NCBI RefSeq assembly: GCF_009914755.1
Contig: NC_060931.1
Source of the DNA: the human T2T-CHM13v2.0 reference genome, Homo sapiens
DNA: 64,000 nucleotides
Direction: 5' to 3' (one strand)
Below are positions 1-13,561 of the stretch, piece after piece (position 1 is the first letter of the stretch; every line of letters starts with the position of its first letter). Under the pieces are notes generated by a model. The model searched no databases. It was not told the origin of the DNA and saw only the letters and a list, made by a program, of their open reading frames with translations. The position numbers and the translations under genes were made by a program.

Positions 1-1083
<1,083 letters not shown>

Positions 1084-1295
1084 GGAAGCTTTCTTTTTTT
1101 GAATCTGTAATATGGTTTTACTTTCTTTAACCAAAATGTTATTGTATAATAGGATCGACTCTTCTCTGTTTTCTACATTATTCTCTTTTCTTGCCATTGT
1201 TTCCTTTTCTTTCTACCTGGCTCCTTTTGAATTGAACATTAGGATATCATCTTAAGTGTGTCTTTTAACATAATGGATGCAATGTTCTGCATAGA

Positions 1296-1417
1296 TTTTT
1301 TTTTTTTTTTTTTTTTGAGACAGAGTCTTGCTCTGTCGCCCAGACTGGAGTACAATGGCGCGAACTCGGCTCGCTGCAAGCTCCGCCTCCCGGGTTCACG
1401 TCACGCCATTCTCCTGC
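1296..1417 (-). mobile_element. 5'-truncated AluY-like
   Basis: Pure T tail plus ~100 bp of the right arm; TSD CTGCATAGA at 1287-1295 and 1414-1422. Confidence 0.9.
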
Positions 1418-1726
1418 ATAGACATTTTAATGCTATATTGCCACCAATTATCTTAATACTTTTTTCTTTGCAGTTTTTTCTTATTAAGCTGATATTTTAA
1501 TCTCAACCTAGTCTTTGTGATTCTTTGTTGAAGCTTTATATAGTGCCTGGCACAAAACTATGTGCTCAAACATATATTGAATGAATGATTAAAAGAGTAT
1601 ACACATGAATAAATAAGAACCAGTTCTTAGTTGGTGTATTCTACTGAGACTGTCAAAGTACTTCTCTAGTAATGAATTCCTTTTTTAAAAAAAAGCTGTA
1701 TTGAAGTGTAATTTATATATATAGTA

Positions 1727-2320
1727 TGTGAACTTCCAAAATCTGAGACAGGTATCAGTTAGTTTAGAAAGTTTATTTTGCCAAGGTTGGGGAACACGCC
1801 TGTGAAGCAGCCTCAGGAAGTCCTGATGACGTGTGCCCAAGGTAGTTGAGATACAGCTTGGTTTTATACATTTTAGGGAGACATGAGACATCAATCAATA
1901 TATGTAAGAAGTACATTGGTTCCGTTTGGAAAGGTGGGACAGCTCGAAGCAAAGGCAGGAAGACTTGAAGCGGGGAAGGGGCTTCCAGGTCACTGATAGG
2001 TGAGAGACGCACAGTTGCATTCTTTTGAGTTTCTGATTAGCCTTTCCAAAGGAGGCAATCATATATGCATCTATCTGTCTGACTGAGACTGATACCTGTC
2101 TCAGACTTTGGAGGTTCACATACTATATATATAAATTACACTTCAATACAGCTTTTTTTTAAAAAAAGGAATTCATTACTAGAAAAATACTTTGACAGAC
2201 AGTGAGCAGAGGGATGACTTTGAATAGAATGGGAGGCAGGTTTGCCATAAGCAGTTCCCAGCTTGACTTTTCCCTTTAGCTTAGTGATTTGGGGGCCCCA
2301 AGATTTATTTTCCTTTCACA
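1727..2320 (-). mobile_element. Solo LTR, MER4A family (ERV1), with 123-bp internal insertion
   Basis: TG...CA termini; minus strand starts TGTGAAAGGAAAATAAATCTTGGGGCCCC; 4-bp TSD AGTA at 1723-1726 and 2321-2324. Confidence 0.85.
2088..2198 (-). repeat. Inverted copy of 1650-1759
   Basis: Reverse-complement match over ~110 bp with few mismatches. Confidence 0.95.
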
Positions 2321-2635
2321 AGTATGAGGGTGTAATTCAATAATTTTTTAGTAGATTTTATAGGGTTGTACAACTATGACAACAGTTCAGTTTTAGAACA
2401 GTTCAGTCACCGCAAAAAGTTCCTTCATGTAAGCTTGCACTTAAATCCCTGCTTTTTCACTCTGTCTCTATAAATTTGCCTTGTCATTTAAATGTGTGCT
2501 TATGTTGCTCTCATATATATATGTATATACACACACACACTTTTAGGATTGTTTATATCTAAACAACTTTAATGAAGTATATATAGTGTAAGGTATATGT
2601 ACTTTATTTAAGTATATATACTTAATGTATATATA

Positions 2636-2908
2636 CTGCCTTTGCTTTGAGCTGTCCCACCTTTCCAAACGGAACCAATGTACTTCTTACATATATTGAT
2701 TGATGTCTCATGTCTCCCTAAAATGTATAAAACCAAGCTGTATCTCAACCACCTTGGGCACAGGTCATCAGGACTTCCTGAGGCTGTTTCACAGGCGTGT
2801 TCCCCAACCTTGGCAAAATAGACTTTCTAAATTAACTGATACCTGTCTTAGGTTTTGGAAGTTCACATACTATATATAAATTACACTTCAATAAAGCTTT
2901 TTTAAAAA
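2636..2908 (-). repeat. Inverted copy of ~1682-1958 (MER4A end plus flank)
   Basis: Reverse-complement match over ~275 bp, including the LTR/flank junction. Confidence 0.95.
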
Positions 2909-3730
2909 CAAGTGTGCACACACTTTATAATTGTTTTCATTTTTAAGCATGGCTTTCTAGGAGTTGCCTTCCTGTCTGCATAGCTTAGTGATCAGTGGTC
3001 ACCCAGTGCTTGGACAGTGGTTGCCTCAGACATCTTGAGCCAGTAAGGCATTTGTCCTCTGCCAGTAGATCTCTGTGGGTAGGGAGCACATACAAAGTTT
3101 AGGCTTTTTCAGATCTGCTGTCTTTTACTTTCCACCCAGTCCTTTCATGTCTCCTCTGTGCCTGCATGCCACTTCTGGGTTGGCCAACAAATGTGCCCCA
3201 CCCAGACTGCAACCTCCACCTTCTAGAGCTGTTCACCCTCTCACTCGCCTCCCACCTGCTCCATCACTTACTCTGACAGTGCAGGTGGTCATGTGCGTTC
3301 TTCCCCACTCCAAACTCAGTGAACTGTCAGTCCTAATGGTTTGCCTTGCCCTGCTCTGCCTTGCAGAACCTCTGTACCTACTGAATGAGTAGATGAGGTG
3401 GGAGTAACCTTACACAGACCCTCATTGTTCTTACCCACCTTTTAGCAGTTTTTCAAGCATAAATGCTTCTCAGGTTGTTGTATTCTTCTGGTGGATTTCC
3501 AGAGCACTGAAAGGGTTGTTTTGCCCATTTCACCCAGCTTTATCATTGGTTTTTGGGGAGAGGAATTAACTACCTTCTCACTAGGCTGTAGCTGGAAGTC
3601 TTCCCTCTCAGAATGTATTTTTTAGTGTAGTTAGTCATTTCCCCAGGTATATTTACTGTATCCTTAGGGTTCTCCAGAAAAACAAAACCAAACCCCTGTG
3701 TTAGGGTTTTACAGAAAAACAACCAGTAGT

Positions 3731-3829
3731 CAGGGTAAGGCAAACCATTAGGACTGGCTGCTTTGCTAGTGGGTTGGAAGGGATCTCACTGAATTTAGAG
3801 TGGTGGGTAACGCGCATGCCCACTCTGTA
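3731..3829 (-). repeat. Inverted copy of ~3280-3353
   Basis: 3731-3756 is a 25/26 reverse-complement match to 3328-3353; 3786-3829 matches 3280-3322 less closely. Confidence 0.88.
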
Positions 3830-3956
3830 TATGGGGAGGGGTCGGGGGTAGGGAGAGAAAGAGACTGATTTTAAGGAATTCACTTATGCGATTGTGGGGC
3901 TTTCAAGTCTGAAATTCACAGGGCAGTTGGGCAGAGATGAGTTGATGTTGCAGTCT

Positions 3957-4623
3957 TGTTCCCGGACCAAACTGAGGGTCGGGTTGCTGTTTCTTGTGGC
4001 CCAATAACGAGATGCAGATGAACTGGGGAGGAAGAGAGTTTTTATTTCTGTAACTGTTACAGGGAGGCCTGGAAATTATCACCAGACCGACTTAAAATTA
4101 CAAAGTTTTTCTGAGCTTATGTACCTTCTAACCTATATGTCTGCATGTAAGTGTGCATTCATCTGAAGATGTAAGTGATTAACTTCTTTTAATCTGTAAC
4201 TAAAGTCTGAGTCCTGAAGCCCTTCTTCTGGAGCCTCAGTAAGTTTACTTCATCTAAGTGGGTCTAGGTTCTGGGGTGATTACCCTTATCTTATCTCCTG
4301 CTAAATCACGGAGATTTGGAGAGTTCCTTCAGACCTCCAATAAACTTGTTTGTGGAGGCCTGGGGAGTTTCTTCAGACCCCTAATAAAACTTGTTTAATC
4401 CTAAATGGGTCCTGTTAAGAATTCCTTCGTTATTTTGTCATGCTTTAAGGCCCAGGAAAGGCCTGGGCAAAACTCTTGGTGCGCTTTTGTTACATTCCAG
4501 CCTTTGTATAACAGCACTGGCTTTTTTTTTTTTTTTTTAGCTTTTAATATTTAACTTAACCACTCAGTCAGTACTGAAACAGTTGTTATGGAGGCCTGCG
4601 TTAGTGAGACCTGGCCTGCCACA
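3957..4623 (-). mobile_element. Solo LTR PABL_A (ERV1)
   Basis: Minus strand starts TGTGGCAGGCCAGGTCTCACTAACGCAGGCC; TG..CA ends; TSD GTCT at 3953-3956 and 4624-4627. Confidence 0.8.
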
Positions 4624-5269
4624 GTCTTAACTCCAGATTCTGCTCGGTAGCAGGCTGGACACACAGGCAGGGTTTCTATGTTGTAGTTCTTTTCCAGGAA
4701 ACCTCAGTCTTTGCTCTTAAAGCCTTTACCTGTTAGATGAGGCCTTCCTGTATTATGGAGGGTAATCCACTTTACTAGAAATCTGTTGATTTAAGTGTTA
4801 ATCACATCTAAAATATACCTTCACAGACATATCTAGATTGGTGTTTGATCAAACAACTGGACACCAAAGTCTAGCCAAGTTGACACATAAAATTAACTGT
4901 CACACTTGCCTTCTGAGGATTCAGGGTAAATTATTTTGGTGTACATGTAGTCTGGTTGCTGTCTGTTTCCCACTGTATACCCTTGCTCTAGCTAAACTAG
5001 CAGCTCCAGCTGTTTCATATACATGCTTCTGCTTTTGCACATCCATGTCTTTGGTCATAGTGTACCTGCAGCATGGAGTGCTTCCTGTGTCCAGATCTTA
5101 CCTGTCCTTCTGAGGATTAGATCACAGATACTTATACATACAATTTTGTTTGCAGCCTATACACTAGCTTTCCTAAACTTCTTCCTGTCACCTAATTATG
5201 CTGTGTTCTGTCTTGCCATTGTGCTTTTGCACACAAGTTCCTTTGGTTTAGAATATCCCTCCCTCTGTC

Positions 5270-5393
5270 TTTTCTTTCTTAAAGAGACAGGGTCTCAGTG
5301 TGGGCTGGTCTCGAACTCCTGAGCTCAAATGATCCTCCCATCTCGGTCTCCCAAAGAGCTGTGATTACAGGCGTAAGCTGCTGCACCTGGTCC
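5270..5393 (-). mobile_element. Alu monomer (FLAM/AluJ-like)
   Basis: Single left-arm-like unit. Confidence 0.8.
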
Positions 5394-5955
5394 TTCCTTC
5401 CTACTTTCTGTAAAACTTTTACAGCTTCCTCAGGTCAATTACATGCTCCTTTTCATTATGCTCCCATTGTCCCTTTGCGTATTTCCACGGAGGCACTCAT
5501 CACATTTTATTGTTATTGTTTACATATCTGTCTGTCAAAAGGCTTTGTTTTCCAACAGCAGAAGTTACTATACTGTTTTCCTTTTCAAAGTTGGTCCTCA
5601 GTCGAGCCTATCTGGTCTGTAGTACCTAAATAAATTGTGGGATAATAAACTGAATCTCTGTTAAAGATTTGGAAGTTGTTTCATATTTCTTCTATAATTT
5701 CTCATTGTTAGAATGTGGAGATAATGACTGCTTGGAGATAAAGCAAGTCTGAATAGCAGAGATCAGCCTTGGGTTGGACTCCAGACATTCTTGGGCTTAT
5801 TAAATATTTGGTTGACTCACTGATAGAAATAGTTTTATTTATTTTCCATTCTTTACCAGGTACATAGCTTCAAAATTACTTCATTAACAAAAGCTGTTTC
5901 TGATTATAAACATTGATTTATTTTTACTCAAATTTGTATATACTGTATATACTGA

Positions 5956-6298
<343 letters not shown>

Positions 6299-6436
6299 TC
6301 AATTTTGTTTTAAGAATATCAAAGAATCCAAGACTGTTTCAGCTTCTTTCTACCTAAAATGCAGTGGTGATAACTGGTGACTGATTTGTAAGCAATCTCA
6401 ATGTAATGATAAATAACCTTTTCCTTTCTCTACTAG

Positions 6437-6537
6437 ATGTTGGTTATCTTTCTGAAGTAGACTGTCCATGGCCTGAACATTTTCCGAAAATCATTTTGAG
6501 CAAAATATCTGTTTAATAACAAGATAACCACATCAAG
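6437..6537 (+). other. TPST1: 5'UTR part of the TPST1 first coding exon (whole exon 6437-7382, 946 nt)
   Basis: Polypyrimidine tract ccttttcctttctctactAG ending at 6436, 101 nt upstream of the ATG. Confidence 0.85.
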
Positions 6538-7382
6538 ATGGTTGGAAAGCTGAAGCAGAACTTACTATTGGCATGTCTGGTGATTAGTTCTGTGACTGTG
6601 TTTTACCTGGGCCAGCATGCCATGGAATGCCATCACCGGATAGAGGAACGTAGCCAGCCAGTCAAATTGGAGAGCACAAGGACCACTGTGAGAACTGGCC
6701 TGGACCTCAAAGCCAACAAAACCTTTGCCTATCACAAAGATATGCCTTTAATATTTATTGGAGGTGTGCCTCGGAGTGGAACCACACTCATGAGGGCCAT
6801 GCTGGACGCACATCCTGACATTCGCTGTGGAGAGGAAACCAGGGTCATTCCCCGAATCCTGGCCCTGAAGCAGATGTGGTCACGGTCAAGTAAAGAGAAG
6901 ATCCGCCTGGATGAGGCTGGTGTTACTGATGAAGTGCTGGATTCTGCCATGCAAGCCTTCTTACTAGAAATTATCGTTAAGCATGGGGAGCCAGCCCCTT
7001 ATTTATGTAATAAAGATCCTTTTGCCCTGAAATCTTTAACTTACCTTTCTAGGTTATTCCCCAATGCCAAATTTCTCCTGATGGTCCGAGATGGCCGGGC
7101 ATCAGTACATTCAATGATTTCTCGAAAAGTTACTATAGCTGGATTTGATCTGAACAGCTATAGGGACTGTTTGACAAAGTGGAATCGTGCTATAGAGACC
7201 ATGTATAACCAGTGTATGGAGGTTGGTTATAAAAAGTGCATGTTGGTTCACTATGAACAACTTGTCTTACATCCTGAACGGTGGATGAGAACACTCTTAA
7301 AGTTCCTCCAGATTCCATGGAACCACTCAGTATTGCACCATGAAGAGATGATTGGGAAAGCTGGGGGAGTGTCTCTGTCAAA
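6538..7382 (+). CDS. TPST1: TPST1 first coding exon, codons 1-282 (type II Golgi membrane sulfotransferase)
   Basis: Translation [25 protein letters not shown]... matches human TPST1 as I know it: N-terminal TM segment, 5'-PSB loop GGVPRSGTT (aa 75-83), 3'-PB motif RDGRASVHS, sequons N60 (NKT) and NHS. Strong Kozak (AAGATGG). Donor AA|GTGAGT after 7382 (phase 2). Confidence 0.98.
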
Positions 7383-8335
7383 GTGAGTAGAAGATACGTT
7401 TTTTATTTTGACTCTATATTTAGCTAATAATGATCTATACATATGTATGTATGTGTTTTATGTATATATGTGTGTATGTTCCTGTGTGTATATATAGAAA
7501 CTGAAGACCTTTTCTGGAACAGATACAGCTTCATTGATGAGGTTTCTTTTTTTATTAATTCTCTACTAGTTTATTACAGATGTTCACTTATTTATACTTC
7601 ATTTTTTCATTTATATATCGTGGCCCTCTTTATTTGTTTGATGGATACAAACCCACCTTACAGGCGGTGAAAAGCCTTCTTCAGGGTCTCAGACCTTAAT
7701 GCCAATCATTCAGTTTTAGTGGCTTCTGATTTCTAATTTCTAGATATTGTTGTTAATGAGGATAGTTGGCTTTTGTGTGGATTAAGGTTAAAATCAGGAA
7801 GTGCATATATCATGTTAATGAGCACATAGTGAATTATAAGCATTTTGAAATTTTTAGTGGTAGAGAAAAATAAAAGCTTCGTCTAACCTAATCTCTTCAT
7901 TTTATGGACAAGAAGACTGAGTCACAGTAAGATTAAAACGATTTGTTCAGATTTAGATGGCAAGGCCAGAATTCGAATCTGTGCCTTGGTCTCAATGAGG
8001 TCGTGCTTTTCTCCGTGGCATTTTACTACGTGTTGTGCTTCCTTTGTCATCTGAAGGATATAACCTCTCTTATTTTTTACAAAAGGCTAGAGAATCTCCA
8101 AAATTTGGAAGCCTAATCCATACAAGAAGTTCCTTGGATTCAAAACTTCTCAAATGATGATTTTTAGCATTTTGCTTCTTTTCTTATGAAGTGACAACTA
8201 GTATACCCTCTAACCTGTCTTGATGACTTATATACCTGGAATGAGGATATAAAAATGGAAACTACTATTAAATTCAGGTAGCATCTCTTCATGAAGAAGA
8301 GTTGGCTATAACTAAATTTTATTTTTGTTTTTTTT

Positions 8336-8466
8336 CTTTTATCAAAGTAATATATAACACCTGTAAAAAAGAAATATATAAGGTGTTATATATACATATA
8401 TAAAAAGAAATATAAAAGGTGTTATATATACTTTTTATCAAAGTAATATATAACACCTGTAAAAAA
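8336..8466. repeat. 35-bp direct duplication enclosing two fold-back copies
   Basis: ttttatcaaagtaatatataacacctgtaaaaaa occurs twice; aggtgttatata (reverse complement of tatataacacct) occurs twice between them. Confidence 0.92.
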
Positions 8467-9258
8467 TACTTTCCTTGTGTGCCCTTCTTACTTTCACCAA
8501 GGAATATCTGCTTAATTTTTTTTTGCTGTATAGAACTTGTATAGTAAATAGATTTCTTATGTAGATAATCTCAAAGGAACAGCTGCCTGCCTGTACCAAG
8601 CTTTCAATTATTGATTATAAGTTATGACATACCATCATTGTAGTGGCTCTAGGTTGTTTTTATTGATTCAAAGAAAATTTCAGCTCTGGCTACTCTGATT
8701 GCAGTTTATTATTATTTCCAGATAATAGACTATAATTGATTTTTAATCACCTGTATTAGGTATTTCAGTCTTTGTGCTTGTATGTTGGCCCGGCACCGAT
8801 GCCACCTACATCTGCTAATATAAAAGGAGGCCATTAGACCACCAGCCTCTTCAGTAGGGATTAAAGAGATATGCTTAAGTTAAATTTTGGTGCTAATCAG
8901 GAAGAGAACATTTTGTGTATATACTTGCTATGTTTAAGGTAAACATAAAGGCCAAGAAAATTCATAGAAATTATATTATGAATTAATGAATTTTAGAAAG
9001 TAAAGAGATGTTACTTAGCATTTCAGTATGTGGAATGGAGGCCCTGTAAGGCTCTATGTTTTTTCAAAAATTAACATGTCACAATCATGAGTAGAACCTA
9101 CCATGCTTATTCCAAGATTTTTGCATTTGGGGTCTTTCTAGTTTGGGGCTATTATGGATCAAAGTTGCTAAGAACGTTCTTGTACATTACTTTTGGTGGA
9201 TATAGCATTCATTTCTTTTAGGTATATACCAATGAATAGAATTGCTGGATGACAAGGG

Positions 9259-9265
9259 GTGTGTG

Positions 9266-9301
<36 letters not shown>
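9259..9301. repeat. (GT)n microsatellite
   Basis: ~21 units, one interruption. Confidence 0.95.
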
Positions 9302-9544
9302 TAACAGATACTTTCTAACAGTTTTCCAAAGTGTCTCTATCATTCATGTATGGCTGTACTGTAAATGAACATGTTCTAGTTGCCTCACATCTTTACCAAC
9401 ACTTGGTATTTTAGTCTTTTCTGGTAGGCTACAATTGTTTTTTAAAACTTAAAAGCAAAATAATATTTGAACCCCTTTTTGAAAGAAAATCTTACCCAGA
9501 ATTCCAATATAAAACAAGAGCTGCTTTGGTTGAGGTGAGTCTAA

Positions 9545-10364
<820 letters not shown>

Positions 10365-11272
10365 GAAAATTGTTTAAAGTAAATATTTTAATACTTAGTT
10401 CAGTATTACTTAGTATTACAATACTTAAATATTTAGGCAGCCTTGAAGGTTTGAAGATGTCACCAGATGGCCTAGGGATACTTGTAGAAGCTGTTGAAAA
10501 TAGAGATATCAGGAGACCTTCACAGTTCTGCCTCTTATCTTGTTAATTTTTGAGAGTTAACCTTTACTTTGCTTAGAAATTTCCAGTTATTTACAGTCAG
10601 GGTGGCATCTCTTGCGTCTCTGGGCTGTTCCAGTTACAGAAAAGTCAGAGGCTCCTGCTCAAGTATCTTGAAAAGAAAGCAGAAGTAAAGTTTGAGGCTA
10701 TTTACGTTGCCCTCTTCTCATGGTTTGTGGAATTTTTTGTGGAATTTTAGTTGTCTCCATCAGGGAACTTTTGGGAAGTTACAAGAGCGTACAGTTACTT
10801 CTGTTATTAAACTCATTATGATACCATGAAATTACGTGGAACAAATAAAAGTCAAGTTTGCTAGGTCAAAAGAGCAAATCCAGAAAAGCAGATTAATGTA
10901 ACAGTGACGCTTAGACAACAAGTACAGGAATCACAACTACAATTCAGAGACGAGTTCTTATCTACACTTAGGGCAGAAAGAGAATATAGCAACTATTAAA
11001 CACAAATAAATTAGAATGAAAAAGATAATAGTAGTGATAAGTACAAGAGAACAAATAAGAACATGAAAACTGACACCCTACAGCTTCTAATAAGTAAAGC
11101 AGACAAAAAATCCTCTAAATCAGATCAAAAGCAAAGAAAGACTGAATAAATGAGTGAAAATAATGTAAAAAGGTTTTTGGAAATGGAGACATTTTTGAGG
11201 AAGTAGGAAGAATAATTAGTAATTTATTAAATTCATAACTTTCTTTTTAATATAGAAAGTGAAATTTAGTTT

Positions 11273-11754
11273 TGTTAAAGAAAAAATTATTCAGTGATAC
11301 CTGCTAAGGCATGAGGCAGTGTTTATTTAGCACCACTGCAGGAGGTACAGGGACCACTGCAGTCGGGTCTTGCAGTGGGGAATAGAGATTGGACTTAACT
11401 CTGAATACAGCATGGGCAAGTGAGAATTTGTAGCCAGAGAGTAAGGTGAGGGTCAGTGGATGGAAAATTACTACGAGGAAACATCAGGGGTCAGGGGCAT
11501 TCTGGCTAAATTTACCTGATAGGATTCTCACTGAAGACAGGCCGGGGTGATCAGACATCACCTGGAGGGTGGTGGAGGATGAGAAACCCGATCAGATCCT
11601 GAGAGTGATTAGATATCAAGGGTAGGAGGTTCTTGCTAAACTGCCTTAGCAGGGTTCTTTGCTAAAACTGGATTTTATAAAGAAGTGCACAGATGGTCCT
11701 AGGAGAAGGTTCAGGAGCCTGACTGAAGTTTGGTCACACAAAGAATCTTTGTCA
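11273..11754 (-). mobile_element. Solo LTR, MER31 family (ERV1)
   Basis: Minus strand starts TGACAAAGATTCTT...GACCAAACTT.AGTCAGGCTCCTGAACC; TSD GTTT on both sides. Confidence 0.78.
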
Positions 11755-12121
11755 GTTTGGAAACTTAAAATTCTTATGTCTTATGGGATTAACAGAAAGA
11801 TAACTCAATAGCCACTTGAAATTCTTCTGAAATTTAAGGATAACAAGAATATTTTGAGCAAGTGAAGAGAATGACAGACCATATTCACAAAGATATGAGC
11901 ATTAATAGCATGGAAAATTAACAGCAGGCAAATTAGGATCACCTGAGCTCTACTAGCTCAGTCTGAAATATCCCAGAAGAATTTTATAAATATTACATGT
12001 GGTGTTTTGTTTTTGTTTTTGTTTTCATGAAGCTATCAGAGAACAAGTCTGTTTATTTGTGAAAACTTCTCCTTTGTGAAGGCACTGCCTAAGGATGCTA
12101 TTGGGCTATTGGGGTTGTGTC

Positions 12122-12289
12122 TTTTTTGGTTTTTTTTTTGGAGACAGGGTCTTGCTCCATCACCCAGGCTGGAGTATAGTGGCAAGATTGTAGCTCACTG
12201 CAGCCTTGAACTCCTGGGTTCAAATGATCTTCCCACCTTAGCTTCCTGTTAGTAGCTGGGATTACAGGTGCATGCCATCATGCCTGGCT

Positions 12290-12323
<34 letters not shown>

Positions 12324-12444
12324 GTGGAGACAGGGTCTCACTATGTGTTACCCAGGCTGGATTCGAACTCCTGGCCTCAAGCAGTCTTCCTGCCATGGCC
12401 TCCCAAAGTGCTGGGATTACCGCTGTGAGCTGCCATGCCCAGCC
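12122..12444 (-). mobile_element. AluJ-like
   Basis: Antisense dimer with expanded middle T tract. Confidence 0.9.
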
Positions 12445-13243
12445 TCCTTTTACAAGCTATATTGAAGAGAGAAGTGACTGAGACATCTTAGCTGGAGAGG
12501 AGGAATTGAATAAACAAGGGATACAAGTGACAGAGTAAAATGGGCTGTGAAAGGAAATCAGAGAGCTGATGAAACATTGCATTTCAAAGTGTGTCAGGGA
12601 AAGATTGAGAAGAAGCAGAACCAGAACATGAATTAATAAGGCAACATTTGTACTTTTCTTGGAGAATATAGCAATTGGTAGCAAAAATTAGAAGTTGGAT
12701 ATCAGATCATTTATTAGTTTGATTAGATTTCTCTACAAATAGTAGAGATCCAAAATAACAAAGATTTCCAAATAATGACTACTATGTAGAAGGCAGACCA
12801 GGGCTGCTTTGTCAGCTTTGCAGTCATCTGGCATTTAGGCTGCTTCCAGCTTTTGTCTCCATCATCCCCAGGATCCAAGTTGGAGCGCCAGTCATTTCAT
12901 CTACATTCTAAGCAGCACAGCAGGGGTGGATGTGTGTAAAACAAATGGCGTTTAGTATTTTTTGAGGATATTTCTTAGAAGCTTCCAGGTAGTACTTCTT
13001 GCTTTTCACTGGCCATAACTGGGGTTCCTTTTACTAAGAAAAATCAATTGGATATTGGGATAGGCAGATAGTAGTCTCTGCTACATTATTGAGCACCTAC
13101 TATGTGCCAGACACTGTGTTAGCTCCTTGAGATAAAAGGTCTTTGCCTTAAAGGAACATATGATCTAATAGAAGACTTAGATTCATATATAATGCAGGGT
13201 TAAGAACTATGGTCACCACTGCTTCTTCATTGGTGAATAATTA

Positions 13244-13561
<318 letters not shown>

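Larger units (their letters stand above)
3657..4904 (-). mobile_element. MLT2 (ERVL) LTR interrupted by PABL_A
   Basis: Starts tgta..ttagggttctccagaaaaacaaaacca; ends ctagccaagttgacacataaaattaactgtcaca. Confidence 0.75.

Noticed and set aside
7383-7386. ORF track shows TPST1 ending at 282 aa
   Set aside because: The TGA lies in the splice donor GTGAGT; the frame continues at 52619.
8819-8826. TATAAAAG box; also a CCAAT box near 13843
   Set aside because: Short motifs expected by chance in AT-rich DNA, with no CpG island or other promoter support.
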